A DNA stretch of 64,000 nucleotides from Negaprion brevirostris (Eukaryota): contig JARDVH010000137.1 in assembly GCA_030324005.1 (NCBI GenBank), forward strand, positions 28,467,923-28,531,922, read 5' to 3'. A model generated the notes under the pieces. The model made no database searches and had not been told where the DNA came from. It was given only the letters and a program-made list of their open reading frames with translations. The translations under genes and the position numbers were made by a program. Within the stretch, counting starts at the first letter, position 1; every line of letters starts with the position of its first letter. This document shows positions 24,866-37,688 of the stretch, piece by piece.

Positions 24866-26642
24866 CTGAAATGCAAAGAAAATATATTCTGCTTTAGACA
24901 AAAAGCATCAGATTAAAGAAACTTAATTATTTCATTTTCATTCTGTATCATCTCTTCTAAATATTTAGATTTTTGCATCTATAAACACTGCATTTAATTT
25001 AAGCATCTTTACATTTAGCCTTTGAGCACTGAAAGTCTTCTTCATTCTCAAAATACAAAGCTCCTCCAGAACTTTTTCAACAGAGGCATGCAGACCATAC
25101 TTGTACAAGAAGGAATGTATTTAACCACAGAACATATTTTAATACACACTGCAGAATGTTACCATAATCCAAAATTTGAGAAAAACCGCTGCCAGTTTAT
25201 TGTGGCTTTAGTTGATCAATTTAAAGGCTAAAACTCTCATTATTACTAATAGGATGTGTGCCACCAGAGAAATGATGGAAAACATTTGTCCATCAACAAT
25301 TTATCAACTTGATAAATGTTGTGATGCAGTAGTGCTTAAATTCATAACCTTGTTGTATATAATCAGGAAAATTTAAGTTACAATAAGCAAGCCATTTTTG
25401 AGATTTATTCAACTTTTCATTAAAAAAAGTCCTGAATCAAAATCCTTGTAGAAGATAGATTGGCACATAAGCAAAATACTCCAGAGACAATCAGAAATAT
25501 TTATGCAGGGCCTGTAACAAAGGTACCAGGGAAAAGGGAACGAATGCACACATCCAAGTTGCTCACATCTGTGTGTTCTATCTTCACAGAACTAACTCAG
25601 GTCACTCAAATCCAAATAGTCCAAAATGCAGATTTTCATGCATAATGGACAATTTAAATTTTCCTGCTAATTTGTACAAGAAAAACTGAATTTTTTGCTG
25701 CACTGTTTCTTCTGGTAAACCCTGTGGACAAGCCAGTAAACCCCAAGATATTTCACATAGATACGCAAATTTCTGCATTCAAAGACTCCTAAAAAGCTTT
25801 ATTCACCAATCTCAAAGAACATTCTGAAAACCATACAAGACAATGTCTGACAGTGGGGAGTTGGTAACTATATCCACTGAACCAAAACCACATCTGAAAA
25901 CACAATGGAATAAATTTTACACAATCAGGTACCCAGCAGGGAGCCTCAGTGCTCACGAGTTACCAGGAATTCTCGCATGCATTCTTGTGGATGCAAAATT
26001 GTAGAGAACACACACAGATATTTGCTCCTGTGGTTGAAACTGCCAGCCGAGATCACAACTTCATAAAATTGGTCCCATTTTCCCTTCATATGCTAGAATT
26101 TGGATGCATCCCAATGCCTTCCTTTCAAAAACCAACAAATTGCTCGTGTTCTCTGCACAACTTAATTCACTGAGGGAACATTCTACAAATTTTATCCGTA
26201 AGCCTCAAAATCTAGTTTAGTGCAACTTTAGAACTCAGCCTCACGAGCTATTCAATCTTTAATTGTTTTTGCCTGGAGGTTGTTTCACATTCCTAGACAG
26301 TGAGAACAAACATACAGATGAAAGAATGACAATATATGCAAAATAAAAGAGTGCATGTTTAAGAGAATAAAGGCACAAAGGTACAACAGCTCAAGTGCAA
26401 GAGCATACAAGAATCACAAAATTGGAAGGATTAGAATTTGAGAAGAGAATGGAGGGAGTGAGCCAAAGTCCACAACAAGGAGGAAATGCACAAGTTTAAA
26501 CGTCCACTGGGAATTTGAGGTTGGAAGGAAAGTGGTAAAAGCAGGTGGAGGGAGAAAAGGGAGAGGGGCTGCTGTATGTTCATTTCCCCAAAACAATTTT
26601 TTTTTGTCTTGTCCAACAGCAGAATAACTTAAGTTAAACTTC

Positions 26643-28516
26643 AGACAAAATTTTAAAAAATCAGCCGAAATACCACCTGGCACCTTTGCCGTCATTTTCC
26701 ATATGGAGCTCAGTTTGCATAAAATAGTACAGGACTTCAAGGAGAGGGGGAAGTTAGGGGCAGCCCTCCAGTAATTGCAACCTTGACTGCAGTGGAGCGT
26801 GAGGCACAAGTAATCAGTTATGGCAGAGATGGGTATCTCCTAGATATCAAGTGACAGAACCAAATATCAGAGGCATATGGCACCCAACAATCATCCATGT
26901 TAATATGGGTTGTCACCTATAACTGAAATAGGATCATTTGCACAATGATTCTTTTGAAGCCTTCCCCTTTGTAAGCTCTTAAAGGCATCTTTCATTGCCC
27001 TGTTTATTCAAATGTACATAAGAACTGAGCATGAGGAGGCAGAAGAATCCTCAAAATTGGTTGAACACTGAGAAAGCATCATCACACGATTCAAGTGCAC
27101 CCTCCAGCAGCTCATGTACAAATGCCTCGAGGGGCCTCCAAATGCAAGCAGCTGGTTTGTCCCAAGGTGACCCACACATCACATGTAATCAAGGGCCAGG
27201 GCTGAAGACTAGGACAATAGTAGTAAAGTATCTGATGGAGCTTGCTGAATGTTGTGCTCAACTAGACAAGAGATGCTGAGCCTTGGGGATCATGAGGACT
27301 TTTCTGAAAAGTAGAGAGAGGTTCTGCCAGCATTTTCAGAGGCAACTGCAGGGACCTTGGACACACAAAGCTCCACTTCTGCAGAGTGCTCACCATTGTT
27401 TTCGCCTGTCCTCTCTGCTAAGCCGAGCACAGCATACCGCTATTACTAATTTTTGGGATATCCTTGCTGGAGTACAACGGAAGGGCGTCCCAGATAGATC
27501 TGGGCACTGAATTACACCTTCAACAGTGCAATGGCTTGCTCACTAACATGTGGCTTCTGTACCTTTGCTGTGCATCAACGATTGGGCTCCGCAGTCAATC
27601 CTCAGAGTATCCCTAGTCTTCAAGGGATCATTCACTTAATCTATTTGGAGCTTGAAGAACTGTGGGAGAACTGACTAAAGTAAAATGAAGGTTTCCAAAT
27701 ATTTTATATAAACATGAATAATTATCTTCTGCAAATTATATACCAGTAGAAAATTTTGCTTGACAGCTACTCCCGGTTGATCAGAGGACATGTTGATTAC
27801 CACATGACTCCTCAGAATTACAGGAATCCAGCCTTTGTGGCAAATAGAAGTGGCCAGTCTGAAAGAGAAGGCCCATCAGTTTGCAAAGTGCACATGACAA
27901 AGATGGCATCAGTTGCCTGGGAGTTGCACTTGTGGCAGTAAATTTGAGAAATCCCACATCTGGCACTGGCAGATCCCTGGAAGGAGCTAGAGGCAAAGAA
28001 ATTCAGGACTGTGGTGGCCTTGATAGCCACTTGCAAAGCATGCCTGTTTGGTCCACTGATTCCAGGAAACTGCAGATGTCAGTAATGATCTGCCGAGAAG
28101 GTATGAACCTCCTCAGATACTGCTGTTTAGTCGCATCCAAAACGCTGATCCTCCATCTGTATACCTTGTTTTGGGGGTATCACTCATGAGCTGGAGTTGT
28201 GTGTTCTTCCACGATGCCATGTGGGGCAGCAATTGGCTGAGAAGGCAGGTGCTGCTACTTCCCCTGTTCTGGTGCTATTTCTCCTGCTGGTCATGGTCCT
28301 CATCAGAGGTCCAAAGTAGAGATGTGCAAGTTGCTTCCATGCTGCTGTGATGGCTAGCAGTTGGGAAGTACAGATTAAAGTTAGAAGAATTTTAAGATAG
28401 CAGAAATTACCACCAAAACAGTGAAAGCACAATCTTAGAACAAGTCCTATGAGTAAATGCCTTTCAATTAGGCAAGAAACATCAATCTTGATTGAGTATT
28501 TAAAAAAATTTCAGCC
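26643..28516 (-). mobile_element. Decayed PIF/Harbinger transposon (transposase pseudogene ~27380-28130)
   Basis: ORF 27818..28036 VAIKATTVLNFFASSSFQGS...GISQ matches the HARBI1-type N-terminal HTH; downstream EQAIALLK...CCA remnant; TIR-like aaaatttcagcc at the right end. Boundaries approximate. Confidence 0.7.
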
Positions 28517-29904
28517 TGCCAATTTTACAGCCCCGTCAATTTCCCACTGTGCTCTCACTGTCAACCCTGGCAAGTTTCAGACAGTTTGGGAAATCTGGCA
28601 GTTGAAGAATGCAGGCTTAAGTCTTCAGGCAAATGCATTTCTCTACATTTAACATGGCTGTCCCACCTGTTCCATGGGGATTTTCAGCTGGTCTTGAAAA
28701 GCGCACCAGTCAAATTAGGAAGTAGGCAGGTTCATATCACGTTGCCGACATGCCAGCAATTATTTTCTTCTTTACCCCGATGTGCACTTAAACTCATGTC
28801 TCTGTTATTCCCATTGCAGATTTAAATTGTCCTCCATAATCTCTGCATCAATAGCCAAATGCACTAAACCATGCAATTCTGCAACAGCCTTGCATTGAAT
28901 CTACAGCACAGACAAAGAATCCAACTGGTAGATATCAATGTTTATACTTCATATGAGCCTCTTCCTAATTCTCCCTTCCCAGCTTGTCCTCAAATCTCTC
29001 CATTTCTTCATCCCTCACGTCGGTATCAATGCTAACTGCTTCAACCAGTCCATGTTACACTTAGATCCATATTTTCACCAATTTCTCTGTAGAGAAATTG
29101 CTCCTAAAATTTTATTTGATTGGTTACTGGCTATCCTGTATTTATGCCTCCTTGCTCTGGACTGGCCCATCACAGGAAACAGCTTCTCTAAATTGACCGA
29201 AATCAAAACTTCATTATTGCAAATCTACCACATTCCTTTTTAATCTTCTCCAGCCTATTCAATCTTTATCGTTAAGTTAAAATCCTGCATCTAAACCCCT
29301 TTGGTTACTGATGCATCAACATGTGGGTTTTTTTTTCATTACTTAACATCTCCAAACCTTTTATAATTCTCAAAGCTTCAATGAGATCCTACCTACCTCC
29401 AACCAGGAATAGCTAATAAAAATTATTCAGATCTATGCAGCTTTTCCTCATATTAATACACTCTCAATAGGAAATGCTTTTTCATTGTTGTCTTCCACCT
29501 TTAACAATTTATCTGAATGTCAAAATGTCTGTTTCTCTGCTGTTAGGAGTCCTAACATTTAAGCTATTCTTGCTTTCATTGTTCTCTCTCTGGACTAAAT
29601 TGCATCTGTTGTTGCAATGTGTTTGTATTTACATTTTCCTATTCTCCAGCAAATCAGGTCTTCACTCTGCTCATCTACCCAAGCTGATATTTATTTAGAT
29701 TTTTCTTGATTAGCCTTGGTTGTCTTCCAATTGTCCTTCTTTATTGGTCCAATAATAATTTTTCAAACACTGTCAATGTAGTTAACAACTAGTCTATATC
29801 CGTTAGAAACTAGGTTGAAGTTACCCAAAATGATTTCAAATAGAATTGAGACTTTCAATGCAGGATGACTGGCTACATTTGAATCCAGAGGTGAAAATAT
29901 AAAG

Positions 29905-30260
29905 GGGCAGCACCTTGGCTTGCTTTACTGCCTCACAGCGCTAGGCACCCAGGTTCAATTCCTGCCTTAGATGACTGTGTGTGTGGAGTTTGCATGTTCT
30001 CCCCATGTCTGCTTGGGTTTCCTCTGAGTGCTCCAGTTTCCCCTCCAAACAGTCCAAAGATTGGCAGGTTAGGTGGACAGGCTATGCTAAATCACCCCTT
30101 ATATCCAAAAATGCGCAAATTAGGGGGATTAGCCATGGTAAATGCACAGGGTTATGGGGATAGGGTGGAGAGGAAGGTCTGGATGGGATGTTCTTTCAGA
30201 GAGTTGGTGCAGACTCACAGGGTTGAATGGCCTCCTTCTGCATTGCAGAGATTCTATGGT
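29905..30260 (+). mobile_element. HE1-like SINE, full length
   Basis: gggcagcac...ctgcctcacagcgctagg...ggttcaattc; V-like core gtgtggagtttgcatgttctcccc; CR1-type tail gaatggcctccttctgc...attctatg. Confidence 0.9.
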
Positions 30261-31433
30261 TTTAATTTTCTTGTTCTGTTCCCTGAATGAGAAAGGCACA
30301 GAGGTTTGCAACAACGCAATCTTGTTTCTGTAAACATTACCCAATGGGCAGTTATTTTTCAACATCCAGACCAAGATCGATGACAGTTATGTGCAAAATA
30401 AAGAGTTTTGCAAATCAAAATGAAAGTACATCAACTTGTCTTGTCTTTAGCCAGGCTAAAGAATGCTCATGGATAGAAAAAAGACCTGAAGGGTCACATC
30501 TGTGCAGCACTTATGAACTGATGGACAAGTAAAATGGACAAAGTCACCAGTTCAATGATGTGGAAAAATAGTTTCAATAAAGTACCACAAACCAACAGAA
30601 AAATGGACATTTTGTGTATCAACATATGACTTTAATATTTACACTGCTTACAAGTAGGGAACAGATCTTTGAATATTAGAACTTTGTGAGTTTATAGATT
30701 TTTGCTTTTGGATGCTAATATCTCAAGATGGTCAGATCTGAAAAGTAGGTTTCTAACCTTCGAATGACAATAAATTTCCTTTCATGAATGTGAGAAATGG
30801 TAAAATGATAATTTTATGTGATTAATGAATTGAATAAAAAGGCTGCATACAAATTTGGTAGCTATGATTGGTCTCTATAAGTATCTATTTACATTTCTGT
30901 AAGTGAGCATTTAGAACCAAAGCGTTTTGCAAGTACAAACTGGAGGACTTAATTGCACTCACATCAGTTTGTTCTTAGTATTTAAGTTTACTTATGTAAA
31001 AAGGTCATTTCCATGAAGAAACAATAGTCAGGCATCAATCATTCTGGGGTAGAAAGGGAAAACTGTTCACATGCATCCAATGGGAAGAAAGAAATTCTCA
31101 AAATATGTTTGACAAATGCCAAGGCATTAATGTTAAATTAAATGACAGCAGTAATTTAAAAAAATTGGAATTTTGTGCTGCTCTACACTGGGCACAAAGT
31201 ATGAGGGATATTATTAAATAATTCACAAAAAGGAAAGAGGGATATTGTTAAAGAATTTACAAAAAGTAAAATGTGTATTTGCTGCTGTACTAAATTCCAC
31301 CAGGCGTTATGAAGGCCCACTGTCTACACAAAGCTGCACACCAATTCTAAAACCACTTTAAGATTGTTACAAGCCCGCTCATTTTTATGAAGAAATTCAG
31401 CATGGTCAGCAATGGAAGCAAAAGGATCCCTAC

Positions 31434-31550
31434 CTGCAGTATTAGGTGCAGATGTAGAGCTGCTGAAAGAGCTAGTATAGCCAGAGGCACTGAAGGACCA
31501 GGCACTAGATGAAGGCAGCGTGGCGTTCTGAGATGATGTTGGGGATGACC
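31434..31550 (-). CDS. TNRC6C: TNRC6C coding exon (possible cassette), GSSPTSSQNATLPSSSAWSFSASGYTSSFSSSTSAPNTA
   Basis: atacag|GG and G|gtaggg; 117 nt, phase 1-1; NATLPSSSAW motif shared with GW182 proteins. Confidence 0.92.
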
Positions 31551-32494
31551 CTGTATAAACAGCAAAAAAGCAACTAAGGAAATGGAAGATGATTTAAATT
31601 AAATCTTAAAATGATAACATTTGTTGCATTTTGTAATGAAAAGCTTGAGAAAAAAAACAAAGGATGAAGGATGACTCTCAATGATCAGATATTAAATTCA
31701 ATTCCAACATTTCCTAGGAATGGAGATTTTTTAGGCTGTTTGGATTTAGCCACATCTCTGTCACATTTATGAAAATGCAGAACAGCTTCACAAAATAATC
31801 CATTCTATTTGTCCAAAATGAAAATCTGCCATGGGCCCTGCCTGCTGACACAGACCTACATAGATTCAAGTTTGTAGAAAATCTTCTTCACTCAACTAAG
31901 GAATTACTGACAAGTCTTCATTCTTTGAAATGCTGTACAGACCAAGATAAAAATATGCACAAAAACAAATAGTAAAGGACAACTTAAGCCATTATTGTCA
32001 CATTAATATAAAACTGAGCAACAAAAGGCAGAACATTACAGAACATAGGAAGTAGTAACACTCCATATAAAGAGACAGCAATCATATTTCATTAAGGACC
32101 CAGCATTTATATATTCCAACAACATAGAATGGTATTATCCATATATCATTCTATAGTGATTCATCTGCTTTTGAAGAGGAAAGAAACATTACATTTTATG
32201 TTGGGTGGTGGTCCTTTTAAGTAGTAAGTTCTCTGGGAGATTGAATGTCAAAGGCAAAGGAAGCATGGGCACCCCACCCAGCCACGCTTCCAACCACTGC
32301 ATGCTCCATATGTGACTGAGACTGTGCATTGCGCACCGGACTCCTCAGTTACCTGAGAACTTTGTGCGTGTATGCATGCATGGAACACCCAACAGAACTC
32401 AGTTCAATTTCTGGGCGCAGGCTAAAATTTTTTAACAAAATTTCTTACAAACTGAAGGACTACACTAATAATAAGTCAGAGTTCTGGGAAAGCC

Positions 32495-32685
32495 AAGGTG
32501 AGAGAGAGTGTGAAAGAGAGCGAGACAGAGACAGGACGGGAGGATGAGGGAGGCAGGACGGGAGGGAGGGAGACAGACAGGATGGAAGAAAGCGACACAG
32601 GATGGGTGGAACGAGAGAGAGGAAGGAGAAAGAGGGACGGTGGAGGGGATGAGACAGCATGGTGGGGACAGGGAGAGAGAGAGTG
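32495..32685. repeat. GA-rich low-complexity tract
   Basis: Polypurine on +, degenerate (GA)n/(GGA)n. Confidence 0.85.
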
Positions 32686-33120
32686 AACTTAAGATGCAAA
32701 ACTCCAGATTTAATGATCAGAACAGCGAAGTTTGGACCAAGGTAGCTATGCTCAAGATGCTAACGATGCCTGTGCTACAACTGTGGGATGACTGGATGAG
32801 ATTTGGAGATAAAACTTTGCAGCAAAGCCCAAGAAATCTCAACCTTTACACAAATCTTTAAACCCTATTCAGGCGAAGTGGTCAATCTTCCAATTTCTGC
32901 TAAGTTTTTGACTTGAGTTTTTTTTTAGGGGTGCAAGTCAATGGATGCAGAAGAAAAAAATGAGTTAAGAAGCTTTCAAAAATATTAAGCTTCTGTGTTC
33001 CTTGTACTTCGAATATCTTCACCGAACTGACTTTTAAAATAGTGTATTTTGTTGTGGTAAAATTTTTTTGTTTTAAGTCATGAACCTTGAAGAAACTTTT
33101 ATTCCTTCAGTAAATTCCTG

Positions 33121-36100
33121 GCGTAGAATTTTAGCCTTTAAGGGTACGTTTTGAAGGCAGAAGTGGAAGTGGTTGCAAATCCCGTTCCTGCTCACAATCA
33201 ATTGTAACTCGCATACTGCTCCGCCATTGTGAATCGCTGTTGAAGCAGAACTGCTGGGGCAGGTACCGTGACAACAGCAGCCCACACTGCAAACTTCAAA
33301 AGTGGAGGGATGAGAGCGCTATGGCAGAAGCTGGGGACCACAGCAGACAGGAGGGAAGTTTGGGCGGCCAATAAATGCCATTTCTCAGGTGGCAGCTTTG
33401 GAGCCCTGGTGGAGACAGTCAACCAAGGAGGGATGTTCTGATGTGGAGGGATGGGAGGATGAGGCCAGTACACCTCAGCAAGAAGGCTTGTGTGTAGGTA
33501 GCAGTGGAGGTCAGTGGCAATAACCTTGTCTGGAGAATCTATTACCAGTGCCAGGAAAGGTTCAATGATCTTCTGCACTCAGCAGGGATGAGTCCCAAGT
33601 GGGCATCATACTCAACGAGGCAGTGAGGAGGGTGGCCATCTGTGGTCATGTACGGATCTCAAGTAGTCTTGGATCACACATGTACATGTGTCTCCTTAGA
33701 CTGGATATATATATCAAGCAGTAGCCTCTGGTTCAAAGGTTCAGACATTCAGACGGATGGTAATGTTCTTAAACCTTGGAGGCGTTTTGAATTGGGGTGG
33801 GGGGGACAGTGTGGTGTTCGAGGTGCAAGTTTCAGCACTCATTGGGGCTCTACATAGATCTGCAGGAGAAATGGAGCAACAATAATGGGGAGCAATTCGC
33901 TACTGGTGAGAGGGTGCCAAACCTAGTGATCCTCAATAGCCACGAGTTGGGAGCCCAGGAGCAGGAGGGTCACAAAGTCATGGAATGGCAAGTGTCTCTA
34001 AGCTAAGAGCTTGTTGGGCTGAAGCATGTGGCATTTAGGGTGAAGGTGATGATGGAAGCTCTGCTCCATCAGAACATCCTCATTTAAATGCCAGGCATTG
34101 AGAAGTCTAGATGCAATGGAGGCCAATTGCGATGTCCAGCATGCACAGAAATGTAAATTTGTGATACAAGTAATGAATCTTACCCTTTATTCCCATCCCT
34201 CAGATGAGCTGTTCAGAGCCAGCTAACCGACAAATTCTCCCGCCACACTGGCTTGACACCTGAGACACTGGGATGTATACATGGTAGACCAGTTCTCAGC
34301 ACCAGTGCAGATACATGCATGAAGGCGGCTGCTACCATGTTGGAAGACTTGCTCGGGCACAGTGGTGAGGGCACTTCACACTTATATGGGAGGTAGGAAA
34401 TGTTTCAGGTGCCAGCAATCGGATCCGCTAGGGACAAGGACCATGCTGAGTCTGAGAGAGACGATGAGCCTCTGGAGTTTTCCACAAGGTGGCAAATGCT
34501 GGATGTCCGGCTGAAAACACAAGAAGATCCAATGGAGACCCTGGATTGTCTACGTGCTGTGGTCTCTGTCATGGGGGAGTCCTTGCGAAGCATGAGCACT
34601 GTGTTGACCCTGAGCTCTGAGTGCACAGCCTTATCCATTGAGAGACTGGTGACTCTCAGAGAGACAGCTCCACAAGTTTAGTTGGCATTGTACTTGGACC
34701 TTTAAGCCTTCACACAGACACTGACCTCCTGAGGTCAGTATCTGTGTGGGAGAACAAGAAGCCAACAAGTGTCACTCACGGTTACCCATTCTTCACTTGT
34801 GAGCAGTGAGCTGAGGATTCACCTCGGAATGGTGGATGAGGTAGCCACTGTCTCTGGGACCCCTTTTGTCTCTGAGCCCCGGGCAAGGGCACCAGCTGCT
34901 CAATCTCTCTGAAAGTCTCCATTTCATCCCAGGAGTCCACAGCAACTGAGGGTTGCCCAGCCATATCATAGAGCCAACTCTTCCTGGCAATGCTTGCACA
35001 GTCTCCACTGAAGAGGGCCACACCAAGGCCATCTCTGCCGCCAGGGCAACAAGAATAGCAACCTGTCTCTAAGGCTACTGTAAGCAAGGGGGTGGTGGTG
35101 AAGGCATCTATAAGTAGCACCCAAAAACATAAGCTACAGATACTAGGTACAAGCAGGGTCCAACACACACTTTGAAATGGAGATATTTATGATCTGTGTG
35201 TAACCACCTTCTTTTTGCTCATCTCTGAATTTATCACACCTTAAATATCACACTCCATTTAAGTCAGGGTGTGTCCTGTGCTGCATTGGTGTCAGATTAA
35301 TCATTGCTTGATCAGAGATATCCAAGGTATCAAAATTTATTGGGTGGGATTGGCCCCGTAGAATGGATAAGTTAAGCGCTTGGGACAATGCAACTACCCA
35401 CTGACACTGCCAGAAGAAAGAGCATGCCAGCTTATCTGAATCAGCACATTCCTCCTGTCCCTGCCCTTCTGAGTTCTCATTGCATCCTGGTCACTCTCAC
35501 GTTCTGGCTGCTCAACATCAGCATTGGAGTATTCGTCTGTGTCCATGTCTGAAGCTGGTAGCACTGCATTATCATCATCATCCTCCTGCTCAAAAAGCTC
35601 TTCCCTTGAGACAGCGAGACTATAAGAGGGCAGCAGGCTATCATAGCTCCATCTTCCACAGGCCAATAGCCCTTTCCACTACCACCCCTGTGGGTACATA
35701 GCAGTGGTTACATCGCTCCTTTGCGTCAGTCCTTGGTCATCTGAAAGGCATCATCAACCACCTTTTCAGTGGCCAACCCTTGTCGCCAATCAACCAAATG
35801 AGCTGGAGTAGCAAAATGTCTGGGCACCTGCAAGTGACAGTGAATGTACGAATCATGGGAGCACACCTACTGAACCTGGACCCTGTGGTCACATAATCTG
35901 AATGTTCGAGTGAAAGCCGTTTCTGTTCACAAAGGGTCCTCGCTGGCCAGATGGCGGCTTGATGGCCACATGAGTACAACCAATCGCTCCTTGGATGCAG
36001 GGAAACCCAGCTATGGCTATGAAACCTCTCTCCTACTCAGCCAAACAGACCTCACCTGTCCTGAAATGGATGAATCTGCTCATATGCCTGAACAGTGTGT

Positions 36101-36915
36101 CAGTGACCAGGTTGACATAGCTTCATGCAGCTGATTACAGTACTCGACAGAGATCACTCACAGCGCCCTAGAAGGATCGAGGCAAAAAGATCTGCGTGCC
36201 TTCAGAGCCACACAAATAGAAGTTATCTTGGGCCTTCCAGATACTCATTATTGTTTCCCTTGAAAGCTGGAGTCTCCTGTGGCACTGGATCTCTGTCACG
36301 TCAAGGCAGCTGGAACACTGCTTGTCCACTTTGGCAGCTGGGTAGTCATGTCTTCTCCTGAGGCAGTCTTCTGATGGCCTTGATCATCCTGTGCCTGAAT
36401 GTCTCTCATGGGGGATGCCTGCGACCACCTTGCCTCATCAGCAAGTTGACTAATGGGGCTCACCATGCACAAGAGAGTGTCAGAGGGATCCAAATCTCAG
36501 GTGCCAGCTAACAGAAATTTCATTGGACCTCCACAGTGATGTGCCCAACACCAAAACAACACTTGACACACCATAGAACAGCACCTCACCTCACCCCTAA
36601 AACACCTAAGTCCTCATCTACAGTTGCCAGTAGGAACCTTTTATCCTGAACTTCAATTAAAAAGGATCAATTGCAGACGGCTCACCTGCCTGCATTGCCA
36701 ATGCAACAAGCTTAAAATGGCACGGGCAAAGTGAAATTTGGATCAATTGGTGTTTTAATACCCTTCGTCACTTCTCTAATTATGGCAGGGTGCGCATCCA
36801 ATCTGCACCTGTGAAATACTGGGTGAGTGCATGACATCAGTACGTGCTCAACGTCATCACCCGCTATTTAACAAACTTCGTTTTGGATGCGCATATGCCT
36901 AGCAAAATTCTACTC
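33121..36915. mobile_element. Complete but decayed PIF/Harbinger DNA transposon: Myb/SANT-like gene on + and DDE transposase on -
   Basis: TIRs gcgtagaatttt / aaaattctactc; CTG TSD at 33118-33120 and 36916-36918; transposase motifs IQGAIGCTHVAIKPP and WLIGDKGWPLKRWLMMPFR; Myb-like QCQERFNDLL at ~33546-33575. Confidence 0.88.
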
Positions 36916-37538
36916 CTGGATTTTCAGATTCTACAAGAAACATATTATTGCCGAGATCATTACATCTTAAAAACATAACTACATGTAGTCAACCAGCCTT
37001 TGCGTCTGTTTGCCATTAAATGAGAACGTGGATGACATTCTCCCTCAAGTTCACTTCATGTCGCACAAGTAAATCTATATAGTGAAGTCATCACATGACT
37101 AAGGAACTACAGTGCTCGGATGTTCTGTACAGGTTCCAGTTTCTTTAACATATTTGAAAGTTAACAACATCCATATTATACAAATATATATACAGGCACA
37201 CATGTAAAAACAGACAGACATGGATGTATTTGCATGCAAATTACTTCAGCATATTGTAGCAAATCTTGAAAGCACATTTACAAACTAGGACCAAATTAGT
37301 TTTAATTTCCAAACCAGGACTTAAATGACTGAATAAAACAGATACATTTCAAAAGAAAGCTTAAAGAAAATGGGACCATTTGATATCAGGAATGTTGAGC
37401 ATTTTAAAGACATCTTTCCCTATAAGTAGAACATGTGTTGTAATTTTTCTTTGAGGAAACCAGAAAATAATCACCGTGTGAAAAGTGTAATTTGCAGAGT
37501 TTGTTTTGTGTACTATATTTCAGTCTATTCTGTCTTAC

Positions 37539-37688
37539 CTCCACTCCTGTCCCTGAGCAGGTAGCGATCCACATCCCGGATAGTAGTATTAATTGAAGGT
37601 CCACTGGGGACACTTCCAGGTGTAACATTAGGATCAGTCTCAGGGTCGATGTTCTGTAGTCCTTTCCATGGCTCTCCAGGACGAAATT
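37539..37688 (-). CDS. TNRC6C: TNRC6C coding exon (PAM2 core), [50 protein letters not shown]
   Basis: ctaaag|AA and G|gtaaga; 150 nt, phase 1-1; hallmark GW182 PAM2 motif WPPEFxPGxPWKG across the junction. Confidence 0.95.
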
